A stretch of DNA of 64,000 bases from Andalucia godoyi And28 (Eukaryota > Protista > Jakobida). Location of the stretch: assembly GCA_009859145.1 (NCBI GenBank), contig VRVR01000018.1, forward strand, positions 303,923-367,922. Reading direction: 5' to 3'. A program made the translations under genes and the position numbers. Below, in pieces: positions 41,118 to 51,977 of the stretch. Position 1 is the first letter of the stretch. Each line of letters opens with the position of its first letter. The notes beneath the pieces were generated by a model. It saw nothing but the letters and a program-made list of their open reading frames with translations, did not search any database and had not been told where the DNA came from.

Positions 41118-41482
41118 CCTCCTTGCTCCCTTTTGGAGTCGTGCCTCGTGCCGACTTTTTCTTCTTCTTCCTTTCCAAACAAAAAAAAACAAAAAAAAAC
41201 AACAAACGTCGACTAGCGTATTAGCGTGTTTATGATAAGATCTCGTGCTGCTCGTAAGTCATGACATGCAGCCATCTTCCTTTTGTGACCAAACGCGCAT
41301 GTACAGTGAGTGCATTGTTGCCAGACTGCTCTGGAGTGCGGACGGATGGCAGCCTTTTTCACGACAGCATTACCGGTATGACGAATTCTGCAAGCACATA
41401 GCGGCACATGCGGGGCGTGTATGAATGCAGGACAGCGGGGCGGGGGGGAGAAAGGGAGGTGGGGTGCTGGGAAGTTCAGCCC

Positions 41483-42136
41483 CTAGCTGGCTCCAGCGGA
41501 ACCGCGAACCAGTCGTCGAAAGAACGACATGTCAGACGACGCGGTCTGGGTCTGAGCGAGCATCTGTTCGATACCGGGCATTGTAATGTCAAATGGATAC
41601 GACGCGCCCTTTTCGTCTTCCACAACCGTGATAGGAGGCAGATGGTCCTTCTTTGCATCTGCCAGTTTGACGACTTCCAGCATGCGCTTGACAACGAGTC
41701 CGTGGATCGACGAGGATGCCGATCCACTGAGTGCGGATCCCTGCAGCGTCCCACCTGCCGCAGTTCCATGAACCAGTTGGATGGGCACGATCCACTGTTC
41801 AAACACAACCCGCTCCTCGGACTTTCCAAATAGCCCCTTTCGAACATGGCGCTCGTAAAACGTCACGTGGATCTGAACATGTTCCGGCATATTTGCGGTG
41901 GTTTCCAGAGCCTTGTTGAACAGATTCAGCTTTTCTTCCACGATCGCATCCAGTTCCGGATCGTCGTTTTGGACAAACGTCACTCCAGGCAGAGACTCGG
42001 GCTCCATCTCTCGAGGCTTCACGATGCCCACGGCCCGTTGAAACAAGATGGTGTGCAACAAACACCGAAGCACATCGCAAAACAGCGATTTCGGAACTCC
42101 AGTCACATCCAACGTGAACACTTGGTGCGACGACAT
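41483..42136 (-). CDS. ATG101: Autophagy-related protein 101 (HORMA fold)
   Basis: DVLRCLLHTILFQRAVGIVKP...DDPELDAIVEEK...FYER...GLFGKSEERVVFEQW...HLPPI...YPFDI. Confidence 0.9.
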   Translation of the reverse strand: MSSHQVFTLDVTGVPKSLFCDVLRCLLHTILFQRAVGIVKPREMEPESLPGVTFVQNDDPELDAIVEEKLNLFNKALETTANMPEHVQIHVTFYERHVRKGLFGKSEERVVFEQWIVPIQLVHGTAAGGTLQGSALSGSASSSIHGLVVKRMLEVVKLADAKKDHLPPITVVEDEKGASYPFDITMPGIEQMLAQTQTASSDMSFFRRLVRGSAGAS

Positions 42137-42565
42137 TGTGCACCAGTAAGAGAATGTGTATATGCGTATGCGCGTGTGTGTATGTGTATGTGTGTATGTG
42201 TATGTGTGTGTGTGCGTGTACGTGTGTACGTGTGCACGTGTCGAGTGGTCGATCGGCCCCATCAGGAAAAGCATTGGGCCAAACGAGAGTGAAAGATTCG
42301 GATTCGCAAAGCTCCCCTTGTTCAGACTTGAGCCTTGGAAGTTGAGACTAACAGAAAGAAGAAACCTCTGTTGGAAAGAACGCAAACTTGACTCAACTTG
42401 AGGCACCTTGTTTCCGGGTGTCCTGAGAACACTGCGTGGGTCACGCGCCCTGCGATATGCCGTGTACTGATTGTTTGGAAAAGTTGGAATAAATCAAGGT
42501 AAGATTCAGAAAGGCACTTCGCACGAAAGCAATAGGAGGAGGCGGCGTACGGTGATGATTTCATA

Positions 42566-44311
42566 ATGTCGGGCCCGACGCAGCGATTTCGCACCTTGTT
42601 TGACGAAGTGTTCTTCAACGGATCTCATCCGTTACTGAACGAGCTCCTGCTACAGCCATTTGACGGACGATATGTGCGACGGACGGTGTCGGCCAGCATA
42701 GCCAGGATCACCGCTGCTGCCACTTCCACTTCCACTTCCAATTCCACAGCCGCTGCTGCTGCTGCTGCTGCTGGTGGAGGGGGAGGGGGAGGAGGGGGTA
42801 GCCATACGGAGAGGATGATGCACTCCATGCTAATGTCCGTGCTGACGGATGAAAATGTAGTCCGCAAGCACAATGCAATTCGGCTAATCTCTGCGATTGT
42901 GTTTTTGCTGCAGGAATCGTCGTTCGAGTCTCTAGCGCGCGTGATTGCCGCACACCATATGCCCGAGTACTTTCGGAAGCTGATTGATGTCTTGGTGAAC
43001 AAGACGGTCGATGAGGAAAATGGCTCTGCGCTGGTGTTGAAGAGCTTGGCGCTTCTTTGCACCGTCGAATGCGCGAGAATTACTGTCGAGCAGCAGCCGT
43101 CGCTTCAATTCCTGTCCAGTCGCCCCCTCGGAAGACTCGAAGTCCATCTGTTTCTCATGTTCTGCGCGTCATGTCCTTCCGTTATTCCACGATATAACAC
43201 GGGCACCATGCACCGGTTCCTTGCTCGCGAGTGGGAATACTTTTTGGAAGTCGAAGAAGAAAACAGGCAGCACGGTGACCTGGCGTCTCCCACGCCGCGA
43301 GTGCCGGATTCTCCTGGTGATCAGCCTGCGGCGTCATCTACTTTTAGTGTCGAGGAGGAGCCGTGGTACTATTTCTCTACCTGGCCACGATGGCTGAACT
43401 TTATGAGCCAGAAGAAGGCTCCAATCAAGGAAAAGACTCCTGTGGCGGCCGGCAAAGAAGTGGTGAATCCAGCACCGTCGTTGGTTGTGATGTATCATCT
43501 TCCACCGCTAGTGGCCCCCGAGTTGTTGAGTGCTTTCGAGAGTGTGGTCTCCGAGCTCTTTGTTTCTTCGCAGCTGTCCTCCATGATGGCGCTCTGTAAG
43601 CTCGCCCTTCACTTGGTCCGACTGCTGATTGACAGCAAGCACATTCTTCCATCCTACTTGTGGACCATATTCGATGTTTGGAAGAACTTGGCCTCCAGAC
43701 AATTGCTTCCCTCTTCGGATCTTGAGCCGATGCGACTCACAATTTGCATCTTCCACCAATTCTTCCTTTCTCCGTCCTTGTTCTCAAAACTTGAACACAC
43801 ATCTCCGCTATCAATGATTACCAGCCTGGTTGCATTCTCTGAAAAGTGCCTTGCTGCGGAGCTGGATGCCGAGTCGCAGTGGCTGGTCCAGCTTGACATT
43901 GTCGCTGCACTCTCTGCGTTCTCCGTGTATGGCGGGCGCATCTTTTCCCGTCCAATGCATGAGGAGGGTTTGGTCGCTATCGCCAAGAAAGGGCTGCATA
44001 TTCGAACGGTGTACTTGAGACTCGAAGCAATCCATGCGAATCGGATCGAGGCTCTAGAGCGCGTGTTCTATATACTTTTCAACATGGAGAAGCACTTCGT
44101 TGGGCCGTCTGGAGCGAAGAGTTTGCTCAAGCTGCACGACGATCGCATTGCCACAGAGATTATTGCACCGCGCTATGAAGGCTGGCTCAAAGATCATCAC
44201 GTGGTTCCTCATGGCATTGGGGGAGTGTGGTCCATGCCCAACCCGTTTCGAGCGGTTCCTTCGCTGTGCAGACAGTTAACACCCTTGAAAGCGGTGCTGG
44301 ATGTGCTCTAG
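42566..44311 (+). CDS. ARMH3/DUF1741 (C10orf76)-like helical protein (581 aa)
   Basis: Intact long ORF. Motifs resemble ARMH3 as I recall it: LFDEVFF...ELLL at the N-terminus, CKLALHLV.LL, SAFSVYGG.IF, and I...RYE.WLK near the C-terminus. Confidence 0.5.
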   Translation: MSGPTQRFRTLFDEVFFNGSHPLLNELLLQPFDGRYVRRTVSASIARITAAATSTSTSNSTAAAAAAAAGGGGGGGGGSHTERMMHSMLMSVLTDENVVRKHNAIRLISAIVFLLQESSFESLARVIAAHHMPEYFRKLIDVLVNKTVDEENGSALVLKSLALLCTVECARITVEQQPSLQFLSSRPLGRLEVHLFLMFCASCPSVIPRYNTGTMHRFLAREWEYFLEVEEENRQHGDLASPTPRVPDSPGDQPAASSTFSVEEEPWYYFSTWPRWLNFMSQKKAPIKEKTPVAAGKEVVNPAPSLVVMYHLPPLVAPELLSAFESVVSELFVSSQLSSMMALCKLALHLVRLLIDSKHILPSYLWTIFDVWKNLASRQLLPSSDLEPMRLTICIFHQFFLSPSLFSKLEHTSPLSMITSLVAFSEKCLAAELDAESQWLVQLDIVAALSAFSVYGGRIFSRPMHEEGLVAIAKKGLHIRTVYLRLEAIHANRIEALERVFYILFNMEKHFVGPSGAKSLLKLHDDRIATEIIAPRYEGWLKDHHVVPHGIGGVWSMPNPFRAVPSLCRQLTPLKAVLDVL

Positions 44312-44678
44312 CGAGTGGTTTCTGATGTCAAGACTGCCAGTCGCGGGACCTTGCGAGACCCGTTCACAGTAACCAGCTGCGCTTTCGCGCGGTGTTTTCG
44401 AACCTGATATGTGGTGGTGACCTTGTCTTTTTACTACGTGAATGAGCGTGTCCCGCGTGGTCCATTGGTGTGATCATCTTTTTTAAATTTAATTTAATTT
44501 TTTGTTGGTTTGTTTTGTTTTCAGCAAAGGCATGTGTTTTCGGATTCTGCAGTTTGGGTAGTTTGTTATTATGCATTCTGTATACGCAATTTTGATTCAT
44601 TACTTTTTTATTACTTCACACACACACACACACTCGCACACGCATGTCTACTATTTTCTCTCCCCTCCTTGAAATTGA

Positions 44679-45809
44679 CTACTGGTCCGCCTTCGCCTTC
44701 TTCTTCGACTTCTTGTCAGCAAAGGCTGCGGCAAGGAGATCCTTGAGCTCATCTGACGGCGGGCTTGCAAGAATATCCTTGCTGGGCTTGGTGGGGAACG
44801 TGCTGAAATCAACGGAGAGGCCGGTGACACGAGATGTTCCGGACGGCAACAAAAGAACTGTTGTCTTGAACTGCGCAACAAACTCGCCTGGCTTCTCAGT
44901 CAAAACAGGGTACGCATGCACAAGTTGGTGCTCCACAATCTCCTTCATTCCGAGGCGCGACTTGGCATCAGGGAAGTATCGGACTGCGAACGGGAATGTC
45001 GGGTACTCCGCGTTGATTTCCGAGAAGAGGGCTCTGGACGCCTTCAGCTTAAGATCATAGTTGTTCTCCACTGCGCGCTTGTAGATGGTGGTGCGTGATT
45101 CCGTTTGCTTGAGCTTTCCGTCTCCGGTGGTATAGACAACATCAATGGAATACACTTCGTTGTTCTCGAATGTAACCTCGTCAACCTTTTGGTCGATCGA
45201 CGGACGAGCAAGAATCGTCTTGTTTCCGTCAATGATGTACTGCTTCATTTGGTGCGACAACACTCCTTCTGCGACCTGGACACCATAGAAGGTTGCAACT
45301 TCCTGGATGACTTTGGCAACATCTGAGTTGGTGCGTCCGGCACGAGTTGCTTCTGCAGCAGCAAGCGAGCCGTAGTAGGCAGCCGCAAGAACATCGACGG
45401 CCTTCTGGGGAACTGAATCTCCAGCAAGAATGACAGTGTGTGCTGCAGCGGCAACATATCCGTCAATGTGGCATGCCATGTCAATCTTGACGAGGTCTCC
45501 TGCACGCAAAACCGTGGACTCCTCCTTCAATGGAGAGAAGTGACCGGCAATGTTGTTGACTGAAATCGAGGTGGGAAACGCGACACCCTTCAGAATCTTA
45601 CCCTTGTTGTAGCACCCCTTCAGCTTCTCGTTCAGAAATCCATCTCCAGCTTCGCAGATCTCGAAAACGTTCTGTCCAGCGGCGACAGACTTGACAACCT
45701 GGCCAAGTGCATAGTTGACAATTTCGCATGCAGTCTTGTACTTTGTCGTGACGGCAGGATCGCGCAAATCCGCAATCTTCTCCTCGTCAACTTGCATGGG
45801 ATCAGACAT
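44679..45809 (-). CDS. PA2G4: Proliferation-associated 2G4 / EBP1 (MetAP-fold pseudo-peptidase, Arx1 relative)
   Basis: VTTKYKTA.EIVN; KGVAFPTSISVNN...HFSPL; GDLVKIDMACHIDGY; LSHQMKQYIIDGNK; TTIYKR...Y.LKLKASR; PFAVR; VAQFKTTVLL. Confidence 0.96.
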   Translation of the reverse strand: MSDPMQVDEEKIADLRDPAVTTKYKTACEIVNYALGQVVKSVAAGQNVFEICEAGDGFLNEKLKGCYNKGKILKGVAFPTSISVNNIAGHFSPLKEESTVLRAGDLVKIDMACHIDGYVAAAAHTVILAGDSVPQKAVDVLAAAYYGSLAAAEATRAGRTNSDVAKVIQEVATFYGVQVAEGVLSHQMKQYIIDGNKTILARPSIDQKVDEVTFENNEVYSIDVVYTTGDGKLKQTESRTTIYKRAVENNYDLKLKASRALFSEINAEYPTFPFAVRYFPDAKSRLGMKEIVEHQLVHAYPVLTEKPGEFVAQFKTTVLLLPSGTSRVTGLSVDFSTFPTKPSKDILASPPSDELKDLLAAAFADKKSKKKAKADQ

Positions 45810-46703
45810 TTTCCTCTTTCCACTCCGAAACTGAATTTAAAAGAATAAAGAAACGGAACTTCATAAAGTATTCGTGCAGACACGGTTGTGGGAAAGCGTG
45901 TTGTTTCTTTCCTTTTCTTCGGGTTGCGCATTCGGCAGTAGAACTCAATTGGAAGAGCTGATTAATCAGGGAGCGTCAAATCGCGTTTGTGCGTGCGTGT
46001 CAAAAGGGTTTTTGTATTTTGTCCAGGGTTTTTTCCAACTCTCCGTCTGCTTCACGCAGAGAGAGAGAGAGAGAGAGGAACACCCACAAGTTCAGAATCA
46101 CTGAGATCTGCACGCATTGAAAAGCGATTTTCGCCTTCATTGTGTTTTTGGGACGTAGGTATCCCACTCGTGCCGAGTGGTTATCGTCAGCTCTTTGGAA
46201 GCACCGCACCAAAAACCCTCTACGGTGTCCAGTTCTCAGCTTCAGCGTCCGAGATCGAGCGCCCGGACGGGTGGACTGGGGCGAGTCGAGGTCGCTTCGG
46301 CTGACTTCCTCTCCTTTCGTCTCCCTCCTCGTGCCCACGTATATTTCAGATCCTGACCGCGCAGTTCGCGACTATGTCGAGGTTATGCGGGGGAGAAACC
46401 ATACGTGTGTCAGCTTTTCTTTTTTCCCCTCCCGCACCCTGTCACCGCTGGCACGAAAGATCGGTTGGCCACACAGAAACTTTCGCGTCTCTTCCTGCTG
46501 GCGGCGGGTGAGGAGGGGGCAACTGTTGCCCGATTGTTTCTTTCGTCGTTTCTTCTCTCGCCAACAGAGGCATTACGCCCTCCTCAGAACAAACATATCA
46601 AAAAGAACTCCCCGATCCGATGGAATGAACCAGAGCTGTCGTAGGGACCGCGCCTTTTTGGAGGGGAGGAGTGTGTGCGTGTGTGTTAACACCCCTGAAC
46701 CGC

Positions 46704-47310
46704 GCCTACATTATGCACTGAACATGCATATCTACGAATAGACATGCATATTCAGTCTTGCATCCCGTTGCCGGGAAGGGGATAGGCCCCCAACACGCCT
46801 CTCGGCGTTCTTCAGATAAATGTCCCGCGCTCCGTTCCCAATCTCGATCAATCTGCGAGCTACTTTCTCAGCGTGACACGTTGTTCCTGAGAAGGGTGCA
46901 TTTCGATTCTGACGGCCCTTGCAGCAGGCGCTTTCGTGTCCTCAGTTGCAGCGATTGATGCAGCTGGAGACACGAGAGGAAGAGGCGGCAGGCGTAGTGA
47001 CACGTGGTCTCTTAGGAGGTCTGCGGGACCTAGGAGGCCCTGCATCGAGCGGCGTAGGCATAGGCGAATGCGTCATCCCAGCGCACTCACGCCCATATTT
47101 GAATAAAATGTGAAACCGGCGAATGATAGAATAGATGGCTATGGATGCTGCGCTAAAGAGTGTCGAAAATGCAGAGCCTGTGTCGCAGGCTGAATTCTGG
47201 CCGAGCGTGCGTAAGCACGAATGCCAGTGAAGCAAACGTGCTAGTGTCGGCCAGTATTTTGACCGTGTCTGTTTATGGACACAATGACATGTTACTATTC
47301 AGCAGTTGCA
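46704..47310 (+). repeat. Dispersed hairpin-rich repeat, copy B (with a ~78 nt extra segment at ~47094-47171)
   Basis: Direct-orientation match to 33873-34410. Confidence 0.9.
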
Positions 47311-47437
47311 GTATCATTGTGCGAACTGTAAGACCTTTGCTTTCTCTTGTTTCCGATTGGAGAACAAGAATTCCGGAAGAAAACCGTGGATACTTTGTGT
47401 GCATGTGCATGTGCGTGTGCGTGTTTTTTAATTAACG

Positions 47438-50254
47438 ATGGAAGATCGAGTCCGGAAACTGCTTTCGTCCTCGGCGATTGTCAAGTGCCGGCGGGGATGC
47501 TACTTGTGGAAGCAGGGTGCACATGTGAAGTCGTGGAAAAGGAGATTCTTTGTGCTGGATGGCGTGAACAAGATCCTGTACTTTGAAACGGAGGAATCAT
47601 ATCGCAAGGGAGTTGGAGCGAAAGGAGTTATTTTATTGCAAGACGATTGCGAAATTGTGCTGAACGTTTCAGATGCTTTGAGTGGATCGAAACATGCGAC
47701 GTTTGCTTTTGGCCTAAATGCGACGGACGGTGCGCGTGGCCAACACCGCACATATTTTATCGATGCTGGTAGCGATGAATTGCGACAACAATGGCAGCAT
47801 TCGATCATGCATGTTACGGGACTCTACGAAAAGAGGTATCTGTTTTTGGACGAGAAACTGCATGGTTTCTGGAAAAAGGGCGATCTTGCCGGGTATGAGC
47901 AGTGCATTGACAAGGAGATTTCAGAGAAGCCAAGTGACGCTTTTCTGCGGTTCAAGAGGGCGGTCATGTTTCTGCACCCGGATGCCTCTGCTCGCTTTGC
48001 TTCTCGACTGGTTCCCACAGTATCCGTGTTTGAAGAGCACCCTGAAGCGGATCCTTTACACATGGGAGTGGAGTCGCTGATACAGTCTGTCGTTGCAATG
48101 AAGAAGAGAGTGATGTCTTCTCGATTTGCGGTGCAAGGCTCACTTTCATCCTCCGGGCCGGTTTGGGGTCTGTGCAGGGATGAGCTTGTCGAGGCGCTGT
48201 CTCGCGATCCTGACTTTGCAGTTGCGCATGGATTGCGTGGTTTTGTCCTGTTTCAAGAAGCAGAGAATTTTTCGGACCCAGGAAGCGACGTCCTCCGAAA
48301 AAGTATATTGCTGGATGATGCAAAGGTTGCCTTCGAATGTGCACTTGCCTTGCTTCCTAACGAATACCATGCGTCACTTGGTTCTGCTCGAATGCAGATG
48401 CAAGAAGGGAACTTCGCGGAAGCGGAAAAGCTGCTCCTGAAGATCTCCCGGTTGTATCCATCCGATCCCTTCATTCTAGAAAGCCTTGCAAATCTTTCTG
48501 TGGAACGCTCTCGGAATGAGGATGCGTCGCGGTACTTTTCCGAGTACATCCACTGCGTGGTCGTTTCAGAATCCTCGCCATCCTCGCCCCCTATTTCCAG
48601 CAGAGCAACCCTCTCCGAAGCGTCGAAATGGAGGCCGGAAGACGATGTCGAAGCCTTCAACAACTTCCTTATTTCGCCGGAAACGTTCTATCGGCGGGGA
48701 CTAGCTTTTGCTGCGCAAAAGGACTATGCGTCTGCGCACCGAGACCTCGGATTCACAGTCCAGATGATGGACGCTCTTGCGCAAGATCCATCGTCGCGAG
48801 ACATGATGTTTGCCAGCATGCCTTTTGCCACAGCGATGTTGCAGGTGTCATACGACTTCGCTTGCGCTCTTTTCGCGGACAATCGCCATCAGGATTGCAT
48901 TAACGCCTGTTCCCGTTTCGACTGGAGCTCTTTCCGAGACAGATCTTCAGTCGTGTATATGTTGAAGACTTCATTTCGGGAACTCAAGGATATGCAGAAC
49001 GTTCATCGAATGATATTGTGGGAAGTCCAACAGTCATGGCTCGAGCATCCGCGGCCGGTCCCCGCTGCCATTTCCCACGCCTTATCCATGGTTGATGACT
49101 CTGGTGTCTTGACGGCTGCAGGTATCGACGAAGATCTGATTCTAACGTTCTTTTGTGGCGACGGTCGCATGTGTACATTAACAACGAGCATCGTTGCGGA
49201 AGCCTTTGTGCTCTCGGAGCAATATGACAAGGCGTTGGAGCTCAATCCTCGAGCCCTCGATCTGTTTGACCGGCATCGAACCCGCCTTCAGCTGCGCAAA
49301 TGGAATCGCGATTTTGTGGAAACTATGGTGTTTCAACAGCAGCAGGCGGCATCTAGTCCAGTCCTGCGAAGTGTTCGGACAAATATCGATGTCAACGCAG
49401 AAACAGAGAACCAGATGAAGGGATTGTTTTGGTGGTCTCCATGCGAGGAGATCGTGCAGTTCATGAAGTTCCGACACGGCATGAATAGTTTGGAGTTCCG
49501 AACGTGGGTGTTTTTGTTTCTCTCTGACAAGTACCGCAATTCCACGGACGTTGATGTAGATTTGTTTTTACCAAGAGATTCTGTTCAAATGGAGTCGCAA
49601 GAGTGGAAGGGAATTCTATTGGGGCTGCAGGCTGTCCAAGAATTTTCCAAAGGAAACGAAGACGAGGGATTCTCGCTGCTTGGTACAGCGTTAGATGCGG
49701 TTTTCCATTCGTTCGCACCATTGTTGTGTCTCAGTGCGCTATGGAATCAACAGCGAGGACACTTGGACAAGGCAGAGAAGGACCTGCGTCATGCCGTCAA
49801 AATTGACCCGAGCAATCTGCGTGCACAACTGCAGTTAGCCAGTCTGCTTATCGTCACAAGCGTTGACGCTGATGCGGACGCAGCGTTGGAAAAGAGTCGA
49901 CTCGTCTTGTCGGCATATCCGCACTCTGCCGAGGCGCACATTATCATCGCCACATATCACCTCAGGATGAAAGATTTTGCTGGAGCAGCCGATTCGTACA
50001 AGCTTGCTCTGAGAATGGAGGCTGACATTCGGACCAACTGGAGGCAGCCCGATGCGGTGTGCATTGAATCAATTTATCGAAAATTGGCGGAGATCCAATT
50101 GGCGTCCGGACAAGATGCATCGGACATGGAGAGTGCTGCAAACGAGTGGGGAAGCCTGAAGCGTCAGTGGCGCCTTCGAAGAGGCTCGAAGAAAATGCCG
50201 AGCTATCCAGCAGAATCGCCTGTGTCTGCGCAATCGAATGTTCCAAAACCTTGA
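47438..50254 (+). CDS. PH-domain + TPR-repeat protein (938 aa)
   Basis: GCYLWKQGAHVKSWKRRFFVL...LYFE...KGVILL...F...RTYFIDA.SDELRQQW is a PH domain, followed by multiple TPR-like units (A...G......A...F..AL.L.P). Confidence 0.88.
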   Translation: MEDRVRKLLSSSAIVKCRRGCYLWKQGAHVKSWKRRFFVLDGVNKILYFETEESYRKGVGAKGVILLQDDCEIVLNVSDALSGSKHATFAFGLNATDGARGQHRTYFIDAGSDELRQQWQHSIMHVTGLYEKRYLFLDEKLHGFWKKGDLAGYEQCIDKEISEKPSDAFLRFKRAVMFLHPDASARFASRLVPTVSVFEEHPEADPLHMGVESLIQSVVAMKKRVMSSRFAVQGSLSSSGPVWGLCRDELVEALSRDPDFAVAHGLRGFVLFQEAENFSDPGSDVLRKSILLDDAKVAFECALALLPNEYHASLGSARMQMQEGNFAEAEKLLLKISRLYPSDPFILESLANLSVERSRNEDASRYFSEYIHCVVVSESSPSSPPISSRATLSEASKWRPEDDVEAFNNFLISPETFYRRGLAFAAQKDYASAHRDLGFTVQMMDALAQDPSSRDMMFASMPFATAMLQVSYDFACALFADNRHQDCINACSRFDWSSFRDRSSVVYMLKTSFRELKDMQNVHRMILWEVQQSWLEHPRPVPAAISHALSMVDDSGVLTAAGIDEDLILTFFCGDGRMCTLTTSIVAEAFVLSEQYDKALELNPRALDLFDRHRTRLQLRKWNRDFVETMVFQQQQAASSPVLRSVRTNIDVNAETENQMKGLFWWSPCEEIVQFMKFRHGMNSLEFRTWVFLFLSDKYRNSTDVDVDLFLPRDSVQMESQEWKGILLGLQAVQEFSKGNEDEGFSLLGTALDAVFHSFAPLLCLSALWNQQRGHLDKAEKDLRHAVKIDPSNLRAQLQLASLLIVTSVDADADAALEKSRLVLSAYPHSAEAHIIIATYHLRMKDFAGAADSYKLALRMEADIRTNWRQPDAVCIESIYRKLAEIQLASGQDASDMESAANEWGSLKRQWRLRRGSKKMPSYPAESPVSAQSNVPKP

Positions 50255-50295
50255 AGACCCGTCCTCCTCCTCCTCCTCCTTCTCCCTTTTCTTTT

Positions 50296-51600
50296 TCAGC
50301 TTGCTCCCGTGCCTCCTCTTCTTCTTATATAGTGCTGCTTACCGCGTGCTCTAACTGGATCTGCTGGAGGCCCACGAGGCTCTGTTCGCTGCTCGAACCC
50401 GGACTCTGCCTTCATTTCTGGCTCTTCAGATGCGGCACGGTCAACGTTTGCAATGGCCTCGTCCAAGACAAGGTCTTCCATAGTGTCGTCATCCTCGTCT
50501 GCGTACATGTCAAAGATTTTCTTCTTCAACTGTGGATCCCGTGAGAAGTCCTCCTGCGCAGGCTGTCTTGTTTTCATGTACAGTTTGTGATGGATACCCA
50601 GTGAACCGGCAAACGAGGTTGCAAAGATGGTTCCTTCGAACAACTCGTAAAATCCGGAATCCAATTCTTTCTTCCCATTGCCTGCAAGAACTGCAGATTG
50701 CGAATCAGAAGCCACGGCTACTCTTCCTTCTAGGATCAATGTCGCAGCGTTCTCCACATTGTTTGTGGATGCATTCAAGGCGGTCACGATCAAATCCCTT
50801 GGGACTTCCGGGAAAATCCCCTGCAAATCTTGTACCAGCGATTCGTTTGGATCACCACCGCGCACGTCCATCGAAATATTAAATTGGTCAAATCCGTTCT
50901 GTGCATAAACCAGTTTCAGGATTTCCGTTCCCTTCAGAGCGCTCATGAAGGCTCGCAGGCCCGAGTCATCAATCGACATGAAATTCGTCAGCATCAGCAA
51001 AACACCCGATACAAATATAGAGCACAAGGAACGATGCGTAGCATCTTGGCTTTCCTCGAAGGAACGAGAGATGAACGAGAGAACATCCTCGGAAATCAAA
51101 GGCAACAACGGTTCACCAACACAAACCAGAACGGAAACCAGGGAGCCGACGCCTGAGCATCTCTCTCGCCGATCTGAAACCACGGCTTGAAGATAAGCAG
51201 AAATGCTCTTGGATGGAATCTCCAAAGTAGAAACAAAAAATCGACACTGACGGACATTCCACAGCCAGAAGATGTTGCAAAAATCCTTCACACGTTCAAA
51301 ATCACCTTGAAAATACGCTCGAATTTTCGGAAACGAAGACCAGCTGGCTGCCAGCCGATTCAGCAATGTGAATACAAGCTGCAAAGACGTTGTCGATGAC
51401 GAGTCCATATCCGATGTGTTGTCGAGAAGTAAAGTTGTTGAGCGAGGAGCATTGTGCAAAAAGGAGTCGAGAAACACGGCGAACTCATCGTTGTTCACTT
51501 CATTCTTTAGAATGTGGTCCTCAACAGACAGCAGACGAGAAATAGTCGTTTGCGTCCACGACAAGCATCGTGGCACATTGGAATATGTGATAAACCGCAT
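50296..51600 (-). CDS. ASCC2/Cue3-like CUE-domain protein
   Basis: FLDSFLHNAPR N-terminal motif. CUE domain LQGIFPEVPRDLIVTALNASTNNVENAATLILEG. Acidic YADEDDDTMED motif. Confidence 0.65.
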   Translation of the reverse strand: MRFITYSNVPRCLSWTQTTISRLLSVEDHILKNEVNNDEFAVFLDSFLHNAPRSTTLLLDNTSDMDSSSTTSLQLVFTLLNRLAASWSSFPKIRAYFQGDFERVKDFCNIFWLWNVRQCRFFVSTLEIPSKSISAYLQAVVSDRRERCSGVGSLVSVLVCVGEPLLPLISEDVLSFISRSFEESQDATHRSLCSIFVSGVLLMLTNFMSIDDSGLRAFMSALKGTEILKLVYAQNGFDQFNISMDVRGGDPNESLVQDLQGIFPEVPRDLIVTALNASTNNVENAATLILEGRVAVASDSQSAVLAGNGKKELDSGFYELFEGTIFATSFAGSLGIHHKLYMKTRQPAQEDFSRDPQLKKKIFDMYADEDDDTMEDLVLDEAIANVDRAASEEPEMKAESGFEQRTEPRGPPADPVRARGKQHYIRRRGGTGAS

Positions 51601-51977
51601 TTATGCTGTAAGCTGCACAATACATTACAAAACACCAATTCTTATAATTTAAATGATAAATTTAATTACCAATATAAATAAATTTGAATTTAAACTAATT
51701 AAAAGAGGAATATGCTGAGTGATAATGCCTGCACTTCTTGAAGGATGGAAAACGAAGCCTGCGCTCGACTGACGAACTTCCCCACATCTAATCCTGTGGA
51801 GACACGATTTTCCTACCGTAGTCAAGCCGACCTTAGACAAAGCATCTCATGGCTCCAAAGAGGGATCTTCCCAACGAACTCAAACCGGCCATGCCCTGAA
51901 GATAGCGAGAACCAAGAAACTCGTAGTTGCGATGACCTTTTGATGCCCAGCAATCTGCATTGAAGAGCTGGTGTTCG

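Noticed and set aside
46209-46220. AAAAACCCT as a telomerase template or telomeric seed
   Set aside because: Single occurrence that does not match a CTAACCCT-type template, with no tandem telomeric repeats.
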